Positions 10,924 to 23,609 are shown, numbered from the whole stretch's first letter. The stretch: DNA of 63,340 nt, filler included, from Octopus bimaculoides (GCF_001194135.2; 8 parts of 6 records of this genome joined end to end with filler, not necessarily neighbours in it); one strand, 5' to 3'. Translations and numbers: made by a program. Notes: generated from the sequence alone by a model not told the origin.

Positions 10924-11140
10924 TTTAACGCTCGGGAATTGAGAAAGTCTATCCTTTGCCATGATAGATCGCTAGCCACTAAACCTTTTTCTCTTTTCTC
11001 TCCCTGTTTATTTTCTGTGTTCCTTTCTGTCGAAGAGCGTAGGCTCGAAATGTAAAAGACTTTCTCACTTCCCGAGCGTTAAACTAATACATCTGCTTGT
11101 TGTTTACACAGCCGTCTTCGTCTTTTGTTTCTTCTTTTTC
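10924..11140 (+). mobile_element. Short Penelope-type terminal-repeat element with partial inverted duplication
   Basis: TTTAACGCTCGGGAATTGAGAAAGTCT (10924-10950) is inverted to AGACTTTCTCACTTCCCGAGCGTTAAA (11057-11083); hammerhead-like motif immediately before the right arm. Confidence 0.6.
11023..11058 (+). ncRNA. Minimal hammerhead-like motif with variant core
   Basis: CTTT CTGTCGA A GAGC-gtag-GCTC GAAA TG TA/AAAG; A6 reads U, extra A after A9, helix III ATGT (likely from palindrome ACGT). Confidence 0.5.
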
Positions 11141-11529
11141 TTTTTGTAAATTCTCATTATATATATGTATTTATATATATATNNNNNNNNNNNNNNNNNN
11201 NNNNNNNNNNNNNNNNNNNNNNNNNNNNNNNNNNNNNNNNNNNNNNNNNNNNNNNNNNNNNNNNNNNNNNNNNNNNNNNNNNNNNNNNNNNNNNNNNNNN
11301 NNNNNNNNNNNNNNNNNNNNNNNNNNNNNNTAAACAAATGTATGTATGTATGTATACATGTATGTATGTATGCATATGCATGCAGGTATGTATTATGTAT
11401 GTATACACACGCACATATTTATAGAAAGAAAGAGGGAAAGGGAAAGGTAAAGTAAAAGGTAGCGAAACAGTATACGTCTATATAATCAAACCAAGCTGAT
11501 GCTAATGTATATTTGCTTTTATGTATAAG

Positions 11530-11581
<52 letters not shown>

Positions 11582-14500
11582 TGTGTATGTCTCTATATGT
11601 TTAAGAAAGACAGAGTGAGAGGAGGGAAAGAGACAGAGAAAAATAAAGAACAACAGAGAGTCTGAGCAAGCATTATCATTGCAGATTGTAGCTGAAACTG
11701 CTGTGAGATATGTGATAGTTAGAATGTTTATTTCTATTGATTTTATTTTTATTTTGAATTTCAATATATTTTGTAATTTCGCCCTCCGTCTGATTTTATC
11801 AGATTCTTCATTGAAAGATTAAAAGTGGTTTGGCTTCAACAGACAGGTGTCAGCCCTTTAGCTTCAGGGCAGTAAAGTATAACGATGTATTGATTGGTTA
11901 CACCTAAACTCTCAGTGGAGTGTCAGTAATTTTTTTTTTACTGTTCAGTCAACCTTTAATAATTTAACCAATATAATGAATAATTTTATTTTTAAATCAT
12001 TTAATTTAATTATTTAATTAAGGAGCCAAGTAGCATAAAGTCATTTTGATTTTAGAATTATACGAAAATAGAATGAATCAAAGCTGAGTGTGTTTACTGA
12101 CCAAATAAACAGTTTATGATCGATCGTAATAGGAAGACAACGATTTAAGAAGACAGCTTTATGGTTTAGTCACAAGAGAAAGGGCAACGCTCATGAACTT
12201 TTCAAGCAGAGCATTTAGACTGATGGGGGTAAGGGAGGGATAGAGAAACAGAAAGCTTTGCTCAAATGATTAAAGCATCAACTTTTCTAAAAGCATTCAA
12301 GAGGGCGGGTGGCGGTGTTAAACCGGGTGACGAATTATGTATACTATCCACAAACACATACAGTTCTAACGGGTGTGGTTTCACATAGTTTTTGTCTCAC
12401 AAAGTTTCAGTCATAAAGCTTGCGTCGGCCTGAGGTTATGGTAAAGAACAAGTAATTGTTCAGGTACTTCTTAACTACATTACTAATCCTATGTGCACTT
12501 GTTCGTTCACCTTGCAAGGTGATCTGATCCAAAATATTTACTTTGCATTAAATTCCTTCAAATAAATGGTCAACAGTTAAGTTATGCATAACCAAACTGT
12601 GTGTTTGTATACGGTGTATACAAGTCTCCTCTACTCTTTGAAGAAATGGTAATATTGTAATATGTAATATTGTAAAATTGTAAAAATCTCAAAAATGAAT
12701 TGTGAAAATCAAACTATATTAGAATTTGATTGACTAAATTGTGTGTGCGTGCGGGTGCGTGTGCGTGGGTGGGGAGAGAAAGAGAGACAGAGAAACAGAG
12801 ACAGAACAGAGTGGATTACTTCTTATTAGTAGTGATTGTAGCCATTATGAGGTCTCGGTCTTTAAATGTGGGTCAGCTCTGACTGAGTTGAACCTAGGAC
12901 AAAAGACATTACATCCATTACATTAGAAGCTGCAATGTCCAACATAACTTTTCATTTAAAACAACAGCAGGGTATGATTTAAGGGAGATTCGGCTGTTGT
13001 TCTTAGCAGGCCGAACGACGTGCAGATGTACGTCTCAGACGTTTAGTTATACTTATATGCATTTGAGACTAGTTAGGACACCTGAGGTACATAAAACAAG
13101 GTGTCCTAACAAGAAATACTACGAAATAAAATATATAGTAGCTGCAGTTACCTTCCACCCTACGTTCTGTTGGATGATAGTTTAATGCTTTATTCGTTCC
13201 GTCGTTATATCTTAATATTTTTAAAGTTTTATATCTATCTCAAAACAAAAATGACACCGTTGTCCTTATTACGGAACTTAATATAAAGGGAAGAACATAC
13301 AACGGCTGTCTCTTAAACTACCACAAGTCCAGATATCTTTAGAGTATAGTTTGTGAATCAGATCTTAGGAAATACCTGGTGCTGATTTCGTCAACTTCAT
13401 TTTTCCCCCCTCTTATTTATTATTTAATCATAGGAGGAAAGACACCGCTCGTGACCTCTTTGACATCCTCTGAAACAGATGGAGCAAAGGTATATTCTGA
13501 GTAAAGACCTACGTAGCTCAATACTTACAATAGCATGAACTTCACTAAAAGCACCAACGGAGAGATGATGCCAAACCATTCGACCGATTAAGTCAATCGC
13601 TCTAAAACTAGAAAATCTGTCCGATAGGCTTTCACACAGTTTCTGCATATCAAGCTTCACTCATAATATTTTGGTTACTTCAAGACTTTGGGAGAAGTAA
13701 CTTACCCCGAGAACCGTACACCAAGATTAAACTCGAAATAATGCAGTTTAAGAGCGAAATGGTGAACTTTCAAAATTGACATAAGCCATAATTTTTATCA
13801 TGGGAATATGGTCGACTAATCTGATATTATGACATGTCTGCTTCTGATTTGATCGACTTCTTAGAAACTGACGTGCAAAATTGGCCTCCGTAAGAGCTGA
13901 ACTCGAAATGTAATAATTAAAAGGCTTTTTATTTATGGTATAGTGGATGTATTCTACTTTAGTGGTCTACGACTCTACTATTCTAATTCTACTACTATTC
14001 TCCACATAGTTTTACACAAATGCACTTTATTGAAAACAAAGCAGTCTGTCAATCATCTCAGCAAACAGGTTTTTACAGTGTAAGCTGCGCAAATCTAACT
14101 AATGAAGGATATAATTCACCTAATATTGGTATCCAATTCAAGAGGAATGTTCACATTGTATGAAATATTGGACATGTGCACGTCACATACACACCATCAT
14201 CAAAATCAGAACAAAGCAATCGAGACGACTATTCTTAATGAATGACGGATAATGCCTTTTTCAACTGGAAATAAATCTTGTGTACAATGGAGTACCAAAA
14301 AGAGTAGATCATCGAAAAAAAATTTTTCTGTATTTAGATCCACCCATTTTATGTGTCCTGTTCAAAACTCCCTTATGTTTGCAATCCCGTATAGTTTACT
14401 GCTGTTAAAACAGTTTCATCTCTTCTACTTGCAAATTACATTTCATCACTACCCAGTTCTACTCGCTGCATCTATTTCTTCTTTCATCACTCCTGTTGTC

Positions 14501-15119
14501 TTTTCTCTTCAGAACTGAGTACTGCGAGTAGTAATGCTGACAATGCTCAACCAATTATCTCCAGCACCTTAATTTCCTGAAATTCCCTTCTTGACCACAT
14601 TGCTAGTATGGTGGTGGAGATCGTAGTGGTTGTAGTAATTCAGTCCCAGATTAATCCTAGCTGCTTAGATTTATATTAGCAAAGGTATTTCAACTATGCT
14701 CTCTTCTACTCTCTTCTAATTCTTGAGTAATTTAGGGGACATTTGGCTGTTATCACTAATGTAGTCATACTACATGTAATTTCATAGATACGGAATTGCG
14801 GATGTTCAAACCTCAGCTACATCAATTTTTATCTATTTCAGTGGAACTGTTCAAGTGATGGTTACAGCCCCTTCCACAAGACTAAACCTTGATTATTGAG
14901 TATGGACATAATGCAGTACCAGCGATGGCCTACCAACAGCTGATTCTTTTATTTTCAACTATTGTGTATCTAGAACAATACAAGCCAATGTGTCCCTTTT
15001 CTTAAGATGACAGGGTGTAATTTGAAAGCCGTTTAGTTGCTAAATTTAGATATCGAGTGTCTAAGTATAAATTTTGTCTTCAGCTTGTAAAGTTATGATG
15101 AGTTTAATGGTTGGTTGAT

Positions 15120-15590
15120 CTTACGTTATTTTAGTGTTTATTTATGCGCTGGTCAGAGCTATCGCGACGGTGAATTTGGTCGGAGCAGTTTTTTGGAGCG
15201 AGATTAATGTAGCATTTTACTGCATGACGAGCCAGTAATAGCATTCAAACTTTCGATCCCTTATTCAGCTGTCCTGTACTCGTTAACAATAACTTATTGT
15301 AAAAGTCTCACCATTAACTTCATAATTACGGTAATTTCAGTTATATTAATTAGATTATTGTCATTAATTACCTGTATCGAACTTTGAAGCTCGCAGCTTT
15401 GAACAGAGTTGTATTCAGTAGTATATGATAAATATATTAGCTTTATCGCATGCCTAATAAGCCCTTGCAATTGAATTAAGCTTAATGGTATTCCCATTGT
15501 GTAATAGAAATATACTAGCAATGACGGCGATACGATTGTTTGAAAGCAATTGAATTATTCAATTGCGCTGCACTTTAGTTAAAGTTTGGT
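15120..15590. promoter_or_regulatory. Candidate enhancer or conserved non-coding island
   Basis: Non-repetitive sequence dense in TAAT/ATTA and ATTGT motifs; GCAATTGAATTA twice (15467, 15546), the second inside a 21-bp near-palindrome. Confidence 0.3.
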
Positions 15591-16375
15591 ACACCAAAAG
15601 CTTACTTCGGCTCAAAAGTGGGAAATTTTATCAAATAAAGCAGAAAAGCGAAAAGTTTGGGAATACAAAAATATTCTAAATTGAATGCTAGTTTTGTTTG
15701 CAAATAATATTGATTTATTTTATAAGACACACAATCTCATATTTATAGGAATGTGGAAATGGGATTTTGTGTTATCCGTGTTTATTTCGCTACATTAATG
15801 GAGTAAAGAAAAATCATTTCGAACGGGGATCGAAGTCGGCTCCTTGTCTTCACTACTTTCTTGCTTATGCAAATAAATATTATCTTATGCTCATGACACT
15901 TTCCTGGGGGCATTAGTTACATAACCTAAGCATAATAGGTTACACCAACACTCAAAACTGGATTTCGATCTTAAACCACGGAATACACACCATAAAACTA
16001 GCGAAGCAAATATTTAATATTAGCACTTTTCTCCAACAATTGCTGGTATTAACACCACACAGCTAAACGTCTCCTTAACATACCATTTTCTTATCCAAAA
16101 TTCATTAGTCCCAATACAGAATTTGTAATTCTATTCCAATATCCACCAATTAAATAAGGAATATATAGTCAAGTTTAGGTTGCCAAACATTATGTTTAGA
16201 GCAGATGCTAAGTTTCAATTATTCAAAAGTATAACCCTAATGAGAAGAAAATTTCTTAACAAAAATGAAAATTCTGAAAAGAAGCAAGGGAAAAATTTTT
16301 TAGATCTTTCTCGATCAATATTTAAATGGTGATATACAAGGAGAGTGATTTTGATTTTTGGTAGCTATGGTGACT

Positions 16376-16417
16376 ACTACGGACATGTTTCGGTTATATC
16401 TGACCTCTTAAGTGAAG
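16376..16417 (-). ncRNA. Decayed minimal hammerhead
   Basis: Minus: CTTCA CTTAAGA GGT-cagatata-ACC GAAA CATG TC/CGTAG; G5 mutated, helix I partly broken, helix III palindrome ACATGT intact. Confidence 0.45.
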
Positions 16418-17773
16418 TGCAGTTAACACACAACTATTAGAGTATAGAATGATTTGACGTGTATATAGTTCTAGTGTGAATATAATTCGCTGATGACAAA
16501 AGAAGATTTCTCAAAAATGCATAGTACGTAAATATTACGGAGCATATATTGCTGCTGCCTTTACGGAGAGTAAAACCGCACAAATCACACATTTTCTACA
16601 ATTTGTAAACGTCTTAGTTTTCTATCAGATCTCTACAATTTTAGTGATGACTGGTGAAGAGCAGGGTGGCAAGTTTTTGGTTATAGTATGGCGGAACACT
16701 AACGCAGCCACAAATTAATAACTGAAGACATATACAACATAATACCCATACCAAACCACAATAGACAGCTAAGCAGATAACCTACCTACTATGTTAAAAA
16801 CAAACCCTCTAAGATTACGCATTCTTCGACCTGTTGTTACACGATTCTGTTATAAGTAATACTCTGTACAAATGCATACTTCTGTTCAGATTCATACATA
16901 TACACACATATACGCACACATACAAATGTACAGGTGTGTATATGTTATGTCTGTGTGTGTATATGTTATGTCTGTGTGTGTATATGTATGTATTTATGTA
17001 TGCGTGTATTTATTCTTAAACTAAAAGAAAATTACACATCACGAGGGATTTCTTTTGCATATTTCCTCGTATCATATGTGTGTGTGCGTACATGCATGTG
17101 TTTGTATGTATTATTTATTTCTGTCTCTGTCTCTCTCTTTCTCTCTCTCTCTCTACATATATATAATATAATATAATACAATATAATATAATAAAACATA
17201 ATATAATAAATACAATACACACGTGAATACAAATTTTCCATATTTGTAAATGTATACGACGACTGGATTTCTCATCATACTTACAAATCTACATTGACTT
17301 CATTGTGTCTAAAAGATTTACTCTTGTTTGGGTGCATTCATAAAGGACAGCGTTCAAAAAGATATCTTTGGAAAATTATTCAGTCCAGTTTATCACTTAC
17401 TTTACTGTTTGATGCAGATCAATATCTCAGCTTAATCCTTGTCATAAGATTTCTGTCAGATCAAAGACAGTCCCTCCACTATGTGTATTTGTGTGTGTAT
17501 AAACGTATATATGTATGTACGTTTGTATGCATGTATGCATGCATGTATGTATGTATGTATGTATGTATGTATGCGTATGCTTGTATATATGTATATATGA
17601 AAACATATATATGTGTGTGTTATGTGAGCACGACCATATGGAAGGTGGGATGGATGCAAAAATGAGAGAGCGTCACTAGGATAACTCAGTTAAATATTCA
17701 TTTTGGTTAAGCGCGTAAGTTTGCATTGAAGGTAAGCAACGGTTGTTTCTAACAGTTAAGCCGAGTAATCACG

Positions 17774-17812
<39 letters not shown>

Positions 17813-17829
17813 CTTGTCCTTCTTCTAAA

Positions 17830-18032
17830 TCCTTTCTACTATAAGTACAAGGCCTGAAATTTGGGGAGAGGGGGATAGTCGATTACATCAACCCCAATAC
17901 TCGACTGGTGCTTTTTTTTTTTAGCGACCCCGAAAGGATGAAAGCCAATGTCGACCTCGGTAGAATTTGAATTCAGAGCGTAGCGACAAGCGATATGCCG
18001 CTGAGCGTGCTAATGACTCTGCCAGCTCGCCG
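17830..18032 (-). mobile_element. SINE family A (tail alpha)
   Basis: CCTTTCTACTATAAGTACAAGGCCTGAAATTT...GTCGACCTCGGTAGAATTTGAATTCAGA...CTGCCAGCTCGCC. Confidence 0.85.
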
Positions 18033-18274
18033 TATTTTTCTTCCTCAAAATGCACTCGATGTACAACTGTGCATACGTATTGATGCCTAGAGTACAAAAG
18101 AATATTTAGTGAAGTGTGTTAGTGTATTTTTTCCCAAAATCAGTGAGTTTGAACTGAAACATCTGAAGAACTACTAGTTTATCTACATGACTTACAGAAA
18201 GTTCAAGAAATTTAAGGCTGAGTTATTCTGTTTATAAATAGAGTATTATACAAAAATATATGTATATATTGTAT

Positions 18275-18385
18275 ATCTTTTATCTTTTGCCTGTTTTGGT
18301 CATTAGACTGTGGCCATGCTGGGCATCGCCTTGAATTTTTAGTTGAATGAATTGACCCCAATACTTATTTTTTTAAGTCTGGTTC
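18275..18385 (-). mobile_element. SINE family B, 3' fragment
   Basis: TCATTAGACTGTGGCCATGCTGGGCATCGCC...GACCCCAATACTTATTT. Confidence 0.65.
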
Positions 18386-18717
18386 TGTTCCAACCATGCT
18401 GATTATGCGATCAGCTAGGGTTTTAAACTGCGTTTGTAAAAGCCATATTGTTATGTATTAGACTAGGGTCCAAGTGACACTAATCTTCCTCATTCAGATC
18501 ACAGAGAAAGTGCAGTACACGAAAAGTTAGATTTTTCCCTTCAAGGCAGCTGAATTTATCAATTTCTCCACTGCAATTTATTGTAGAGCAACGGTTGCGA
18601 ATTTGATGACCACTTAAAAAGAAATCACCTGTTTCTCTAACATACGATTGCACACACGTTCAATGCAAGATCGTATTGAGCACTTAGTTATAACAACAAC
18701 AACAATAATAATAATAA

Positions 18718-18896
18718 TCCTTTCTATTATAGGCACAAGGCCTGAAATTTTGTGAGAGGGGACTAGTCGATCACATCGACCCCAGTATTTATGGACTCTC
18801 AGAGGTTGAAAGGCAAAGTCGACCTCGGCGGAATTTGAACTCAAAATGTAGCATTTCGCCCGGCATGCGAACGATTCTGCCAGTTCGCCGCCTTAA
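18718..18896 (-). mobile_element. SINE family A, internally deleted
   Basis: CCTTTCTATTATAGGCACAAGGCC...GTCGACCTCGGCGGAATTTGAACTCA...CTGCCAGTTCGCCGCCTTAA. Confidence 0.85.
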
Positions 18897-18938
18897 AAAT
18901 ATTAATAATAATTTTTGGTCACATGGGCCACAAATATA

Positions 18939-19450
18939 CACTGAACCGCAAAAGAAACGCGGTTTTTTCAAATGTCATTTTCATATGGTAAATTAAAAAA
19001 TTAAAAATTTATTTCGGGGATGTATGTGTAAATATTCTAAGACATGCTGGTTTATAACTGAAACCCAAATTGCAGGTAACATTTCGACTTTCCCTGAAAC
19101 GAGACTCCAAAACGCAGCTGCGTTGAATGCAGTGGGTGGCAGTCGCAAACAATTGTCATGTAAACCGAAATGCACGTGCATCTCGTAGAGGTTATGGGTA
19201 TAAAAATCAACTTGAACCGCGTTCCTAGCATTTGTACTTTATCCACCAAAGGTTAGTGTCGTGAATTAAGGTCATTATCACTTGTTATATTACCGTTGTT
19301 GCTTTGTTGAACGGTGTTATTGCGTGTGTTTGTAAAATACTCTTGTTTCACTACTTTGGGCGGTCCAGTTGTCATTTTCCCCTTGTTTGGAGGGGAAGCG
19401 TTATGATGAAATACTAAGATGTAAGTCCGTCCAACGTGGAGTTGTCGGAT
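18939..19450 (+). mobile_element. Left end of a Tc1/mariner-like element, truncated
   Basis: TA followed by CACTGAACCGCAAAAGAAACGC (Tc1-like terminus), internal GGGTATAAAA; no right TIR or transposase seen. Confidence 0.45.
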
Positions 19451-19559
19451 GATGAATTGATGTATTACACAAGTGGCATGGAGGAGTAACTGGCAAGAGG
19501 AGGAAAAGAAAAAAAACCGGAAAAAGTATCAAAAGTTTTGCGGCGGCGGCCGGTGTGTC

Positions 19560-19945
19560 CAAGAGGAATATGTGTACATATATACAGATTGCAATTTCGG
19601 CTGGTTATTCTCGATATTCTCCAATCTGGCCAGCCCCAAGGAAAAACTAAGCTAAGAACATTAGATTCCTTGGAAGAAAGCAGCGAATATATGCAAAAAC
19701 AAGGACGGAAAAAAATCAACAATGTTACACAAAAACAATAAAAATAATAAAACAGGACATAACAACAGATGTCTTTCGACTAAAGACAAATTAAATTAAG
19801 CTGGCGTTGTGGAAATAAGGCCTTACGGCAGGAATACAGGATTTCACAGGCACAACGGCCGCACAACGCACAACACAAACGCACAACGGCCGGCCAAGAA
19901 AGAAAGATCACGCTTGGCCGAACACCGGTCAAGTGAGAACAGTAG
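19560..19945 (-). repeat. Unclassified interspersed repeat, family F (also at 39900-40800)
   Basis: Reverse complement shares CCAAGCGTGATCTTTCTTTCTTG, GCCGTAAGGC, CGCCAGCTTAA...TTTAGTCGAAAGA and CATATATTCGCTGCTTTC with the 40-kb copies. Confidence 0.7.
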
Positions 19946-20216
19946 CTATGTGTACAAACAAAATGAAAGAGTTGTCGTACATATCGATGAGTTACATATA
20001 TGTAGAAACAATGAATGAATTAAATCTGCTTTTCTCAAACTTACACAGGCAAAAGCACGCCGAATTAGAAGCATTCCAGTCATGACCAAGCACAAAGAGT
20101 CAAATTTTATAACCCTAAATTCATTTAAACCTTTCACTCTCAAAACATTTCTCGACATTCGTCAGCCTAAATATTAAATCACGATTCGTTGATGAAACCT
20201 TCCAATATGTAAGACA

Positions 20217-20663
20217 TTGGTTTCAAATTTTGGCACAAGGTCAGAAATTTCAGGGGATAGTTAAGTTGATTACATCGATCCTTGTGCTCAACTTGTACTT
20301 ATTTTATCGATCCCAAAATGATGAAAAGCAAAGTAGGCCTAGGCAGAATTTGAACTCAGGGCGTACAGACAGACGAAATACCGCTAAGCATGTTTCCCAG
20401 CGTGTTAAAGATTCTGCCAGTTCACTAACTTAATTTGTAGAAATATTGATTTCAAATAATGGCACAAGGTCAGCAATTTCGTGGGACGGGATAAGTTAGT
20501 TACATCGATTACAGTGCTCAACTGGTACTTACTTTATCGACTCTGAAAGGATGAAAGGCAAAGTTGATCTAGGCAGAATTTGAACTCAGAACGTAAAAAC
20601 GCTCAAAATGGCGCTAAACATGTATCCCAGCGTGTTAACGATTCTGCCAGCTCACTGCCTTAA
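20217..20663 (-). mobile_element. Two tandem SINE family A copies (20217-20433, 20445-20663)
   Basis: Both copies are followed on the + strand by the same flank TAAT(T/C)TGTAGAAATATT, consistent with local duplication. Confidence 0.85.
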
Positions 20664-21254
20664 TCTGTAGAAATATTACAACTTAATAAAGTTAATTGTG
20701 ATATTGGAATGCAAGCAGTTTAGAACAAATTTTTTTTTTTTTTAAATGGTTAATCTTTTAGCAAGAGCAAAATGGGGTATGTATGTCTGAATAATGAACT
20801 GAAAATTGTTAATTATTATATATATTGTAACAAGAGCTTTTTCTACTCCCAGTGCATCCGCTCTACATTTAATATGTATTTTTCTTTTATAACAATAGGA
20901 TTTTATTTGTAAGGAATGTAGCTATTAATTCTGACTTGTCTGGTGACTGCACTGAGACTCCCTCATTTGCTAATGATAGAGTATTTTCATGATGCAAATA
21001 TTAGGAAAAATCATAAACAAGTTTAGAATATAGATTTAACTTAGAGCAATACATGCATAATACCCATTTTTAAAGATGCAGGTGTTATTGTATGGATAAA
21101 TATCTATGATTAATTTCTACTTCATAAAATAAGTGAACAGGAAGGAAGAAATAATGAGACAATCTCTCCATTTAATCTAATCGCAGTGAAACCTTTATCG
21201 CGCTCATCGTTGACAATGCTTTCAAACATATGTTCTTTCATTCACTCTCTCCTA

Positions 21255-21312
<58 letters not shown>

Positions 21313-21734
21313 CTCGCTTGTTCGCTCTCTAGATTGGCTGATACTGTCATATTTCTTCACATGTATAGCGATTTTAACTCGATGTTGTTCAAGAGACTCG
21401 GTTACCATTCGCAATGTTTGAGTGAAGAAATAATTATAAATATGAAACAAGAACTTTGCCAAAATAACAAAATAAACATCTTACTGTATCTCAGATGTGT
21501 ATATTGAATTAAATTTATTTCAGAATATATAATACAAGGAGCGAATGGGTAGTAATCAACAGTTTACTCGACAAGATTTTATTTTCTTTATGGATTATTC
21601 AGAGAAGTAAAGTTAGCATACACGACACTGTGCAACGTCTCTAAGACCAGTGAGGGGAAAGAGAATAATAAACCGCAATTCATGGAGTAGGGTACAGTGG
21701 GCATTAAAAGTAAAGTAAAAATAAATAGAACAGC

Positions 21735-22070
21735 CTTGCTTGGTTTCGAGGATGAAGATTCAGTTATTCCATCAACTGAACTACCTGCTCATTGAATCAG
21801 CATGTAAGTGGCTGTGTATTCCAAAGACATGAGCACTATTAACATAACCGTCAAATAGAATCAGCATAGCACAATGAGCGACAAAGCCGTGCCGTTCGAA
21901 TTACAGGCATAAACTATCCGGTGGGCTTACACACTGTTTCCAAATTCCACTCACAGGATATGGGTTGACTCGAGTCAAGAGTAAAAGAAAATTACCTTAG
22001 GTGCTACATAGGGGGATCGAACCTGTGACCTGGTGATCATTAGTTAAACTTAATCATTCAGCCATGTTGC
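21735..22070 (-). mobile_element. Old chimeric SINE: family-B-like head with family-C-like tail
   Basis: Head matches CCAAATTCCACTCACA...AGGTGCTAC...GATCGAACC; tail matches degenerate GCTGAATCT...CAGCCACTT...GAGCAGG...GTTGAT. Confidence 0.55.
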
Positions 22071-22779
22071 GTCCATATGTGCAAAATAATGCTTTCCATA
22101 TAGTATGAAGTAATGCTTCAAAATAACGAGTCATTTTCAGGTTTGAAACTTGGTCCATAAGTTTGCAACTGAGAGGGCACTCAGAAGTTTAGCGGTGATA
22201 TTAAATCGATCGTCGTATTAAGACTTAAATTATGTCAACCAATAAAGTTCTAGACATAAAAAGATATCTCTAAAGTAACTTAGCGTTTTGTATAGCGCTC
22301 TTCCATTTCTACATATTCAAAAATAATAAGCGTAACGAAATCCTCTATACAATACTATATAGAGAGAAATATCAATAATATAGGCTCAAAGCATCACATT
22401 GCTAGTAGATTATGCTTTACTGTAAAAGGTTAATAAGAACGAAACACCTACTTTGTTTTCACTGGATTTTTTAGATGAAAGCTCCCAGCTTCACCGTCAG
22501 AATTTTCCCGAAACTTCGGTCAACTGAACTAAATGAAGTTATCTCACTTGTATGTTGTTCCTTTAGTTCATAGACGCAACAAGAGGGAACTTTTGCAAAC
22601 AAATTGCGTGGATAATCTCAGTTAATCGGCGTTTTTCAGGTCACTCATTACATATGTGAAGCTTTAGTTGGTATTATAGATCAATTAAAATGACCCCATT
22701 ACTTCATTGGTACTTGTATATGTCTAATTGACCCCGGAACTATGAAAGACAGTTGGTTTTGCGGAAAGAATTGAAATAT

Positions 22780-23212
22780 TCTTTTCTACTCTGGGCACAA
22801 GGCCCGAAATTTGTAGGGAGGGAGCCAGTTGATTCGATTAACCCCCGTGCGCAACTGGTACTTAATTTATCGACCCCGAAAGGATGAATAGCAAAGTCGA
22901 CCTCGGCGGAATTTGAACTCAGAACGTAAAGACAGACGAAATACCGCTAAGCATTTCGCCCGGTGTGCTAACGTTTCTTATTTCTTTATTGCCCACAAAG
23001 GGGCTAAACATAGAGGGAACAAACAAAGACAGACAAAGGGATTAAGTCGATTACATCGAATCCAGTGCGTAACTGGTACTAAATTTATCGACCCCGAAAA
23101 GATAAAAGGCAAAGTCGAACTCGGCGGAATTTGAACTCAGAACGTAACGGAAGACGAAATGCCGCTATGCATTTCGTCCGGTGTGCTAACGTGTCTGCCA
23201 GCTCGACGCCCC
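22780..23212 (-). mobile_element. SINE family A dimer (tail alpha + tail beta) with 17-bp direct repeats
   Basis: Copies at 22780-22977 and 22980-23212; GAAAGAATTGAAATATT (22764-22780) and GAAAGAATAGAAATATT (23214-23230) flank the pair. Confidence 0.85.
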
Positions 23213-23455
23213 TGAAAGAATAGAAATATTAATTCATAACAAAGGCACAAAACCTCTGATCAGGAGGGAGATTGTAATCAATTAATATCGATCTCATTAT
23301 TTGATTGGTAGTTGTTTCATTAACTACGGAATTATGAAAGACATAGTTAACTTTGATACGATTTGAAATCAGAATATAAAAGAGAATAAATAACTACTAC
23401 AAGACATTTTGTCTGACACTCTAACAATTTTCCAACTGACTGCTACGGATTTATT

Positions 23456-23551
23456 ATAAATATTATTTATAAATATTATTTACTATAAATATTATTTACT
23501 ATAAATATTATTTACTATAAATATTATTTACTATAAATATTATTTACTATA
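23456..23551. repeat. 16-bp AT-rich minisatellite (ATAAATATTATTTACT)n
   Basis: About 5-6 head-to-tail units without spacers. Confidence 0.9.
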
Positions 23552-23609
23552 ATAAATTTTAGATTATTTGATATTATCACGATTCAAGGATGTTTATTTA
23601 TATGATATA

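Noticed and set aside
23456-23551. Regular short repeat resembling a CRISPR or operator array
   Set aside because: Contiguous 16-bp units with no spacers; an ordinary AT-rich minisatellite in eukaryotic DNA.
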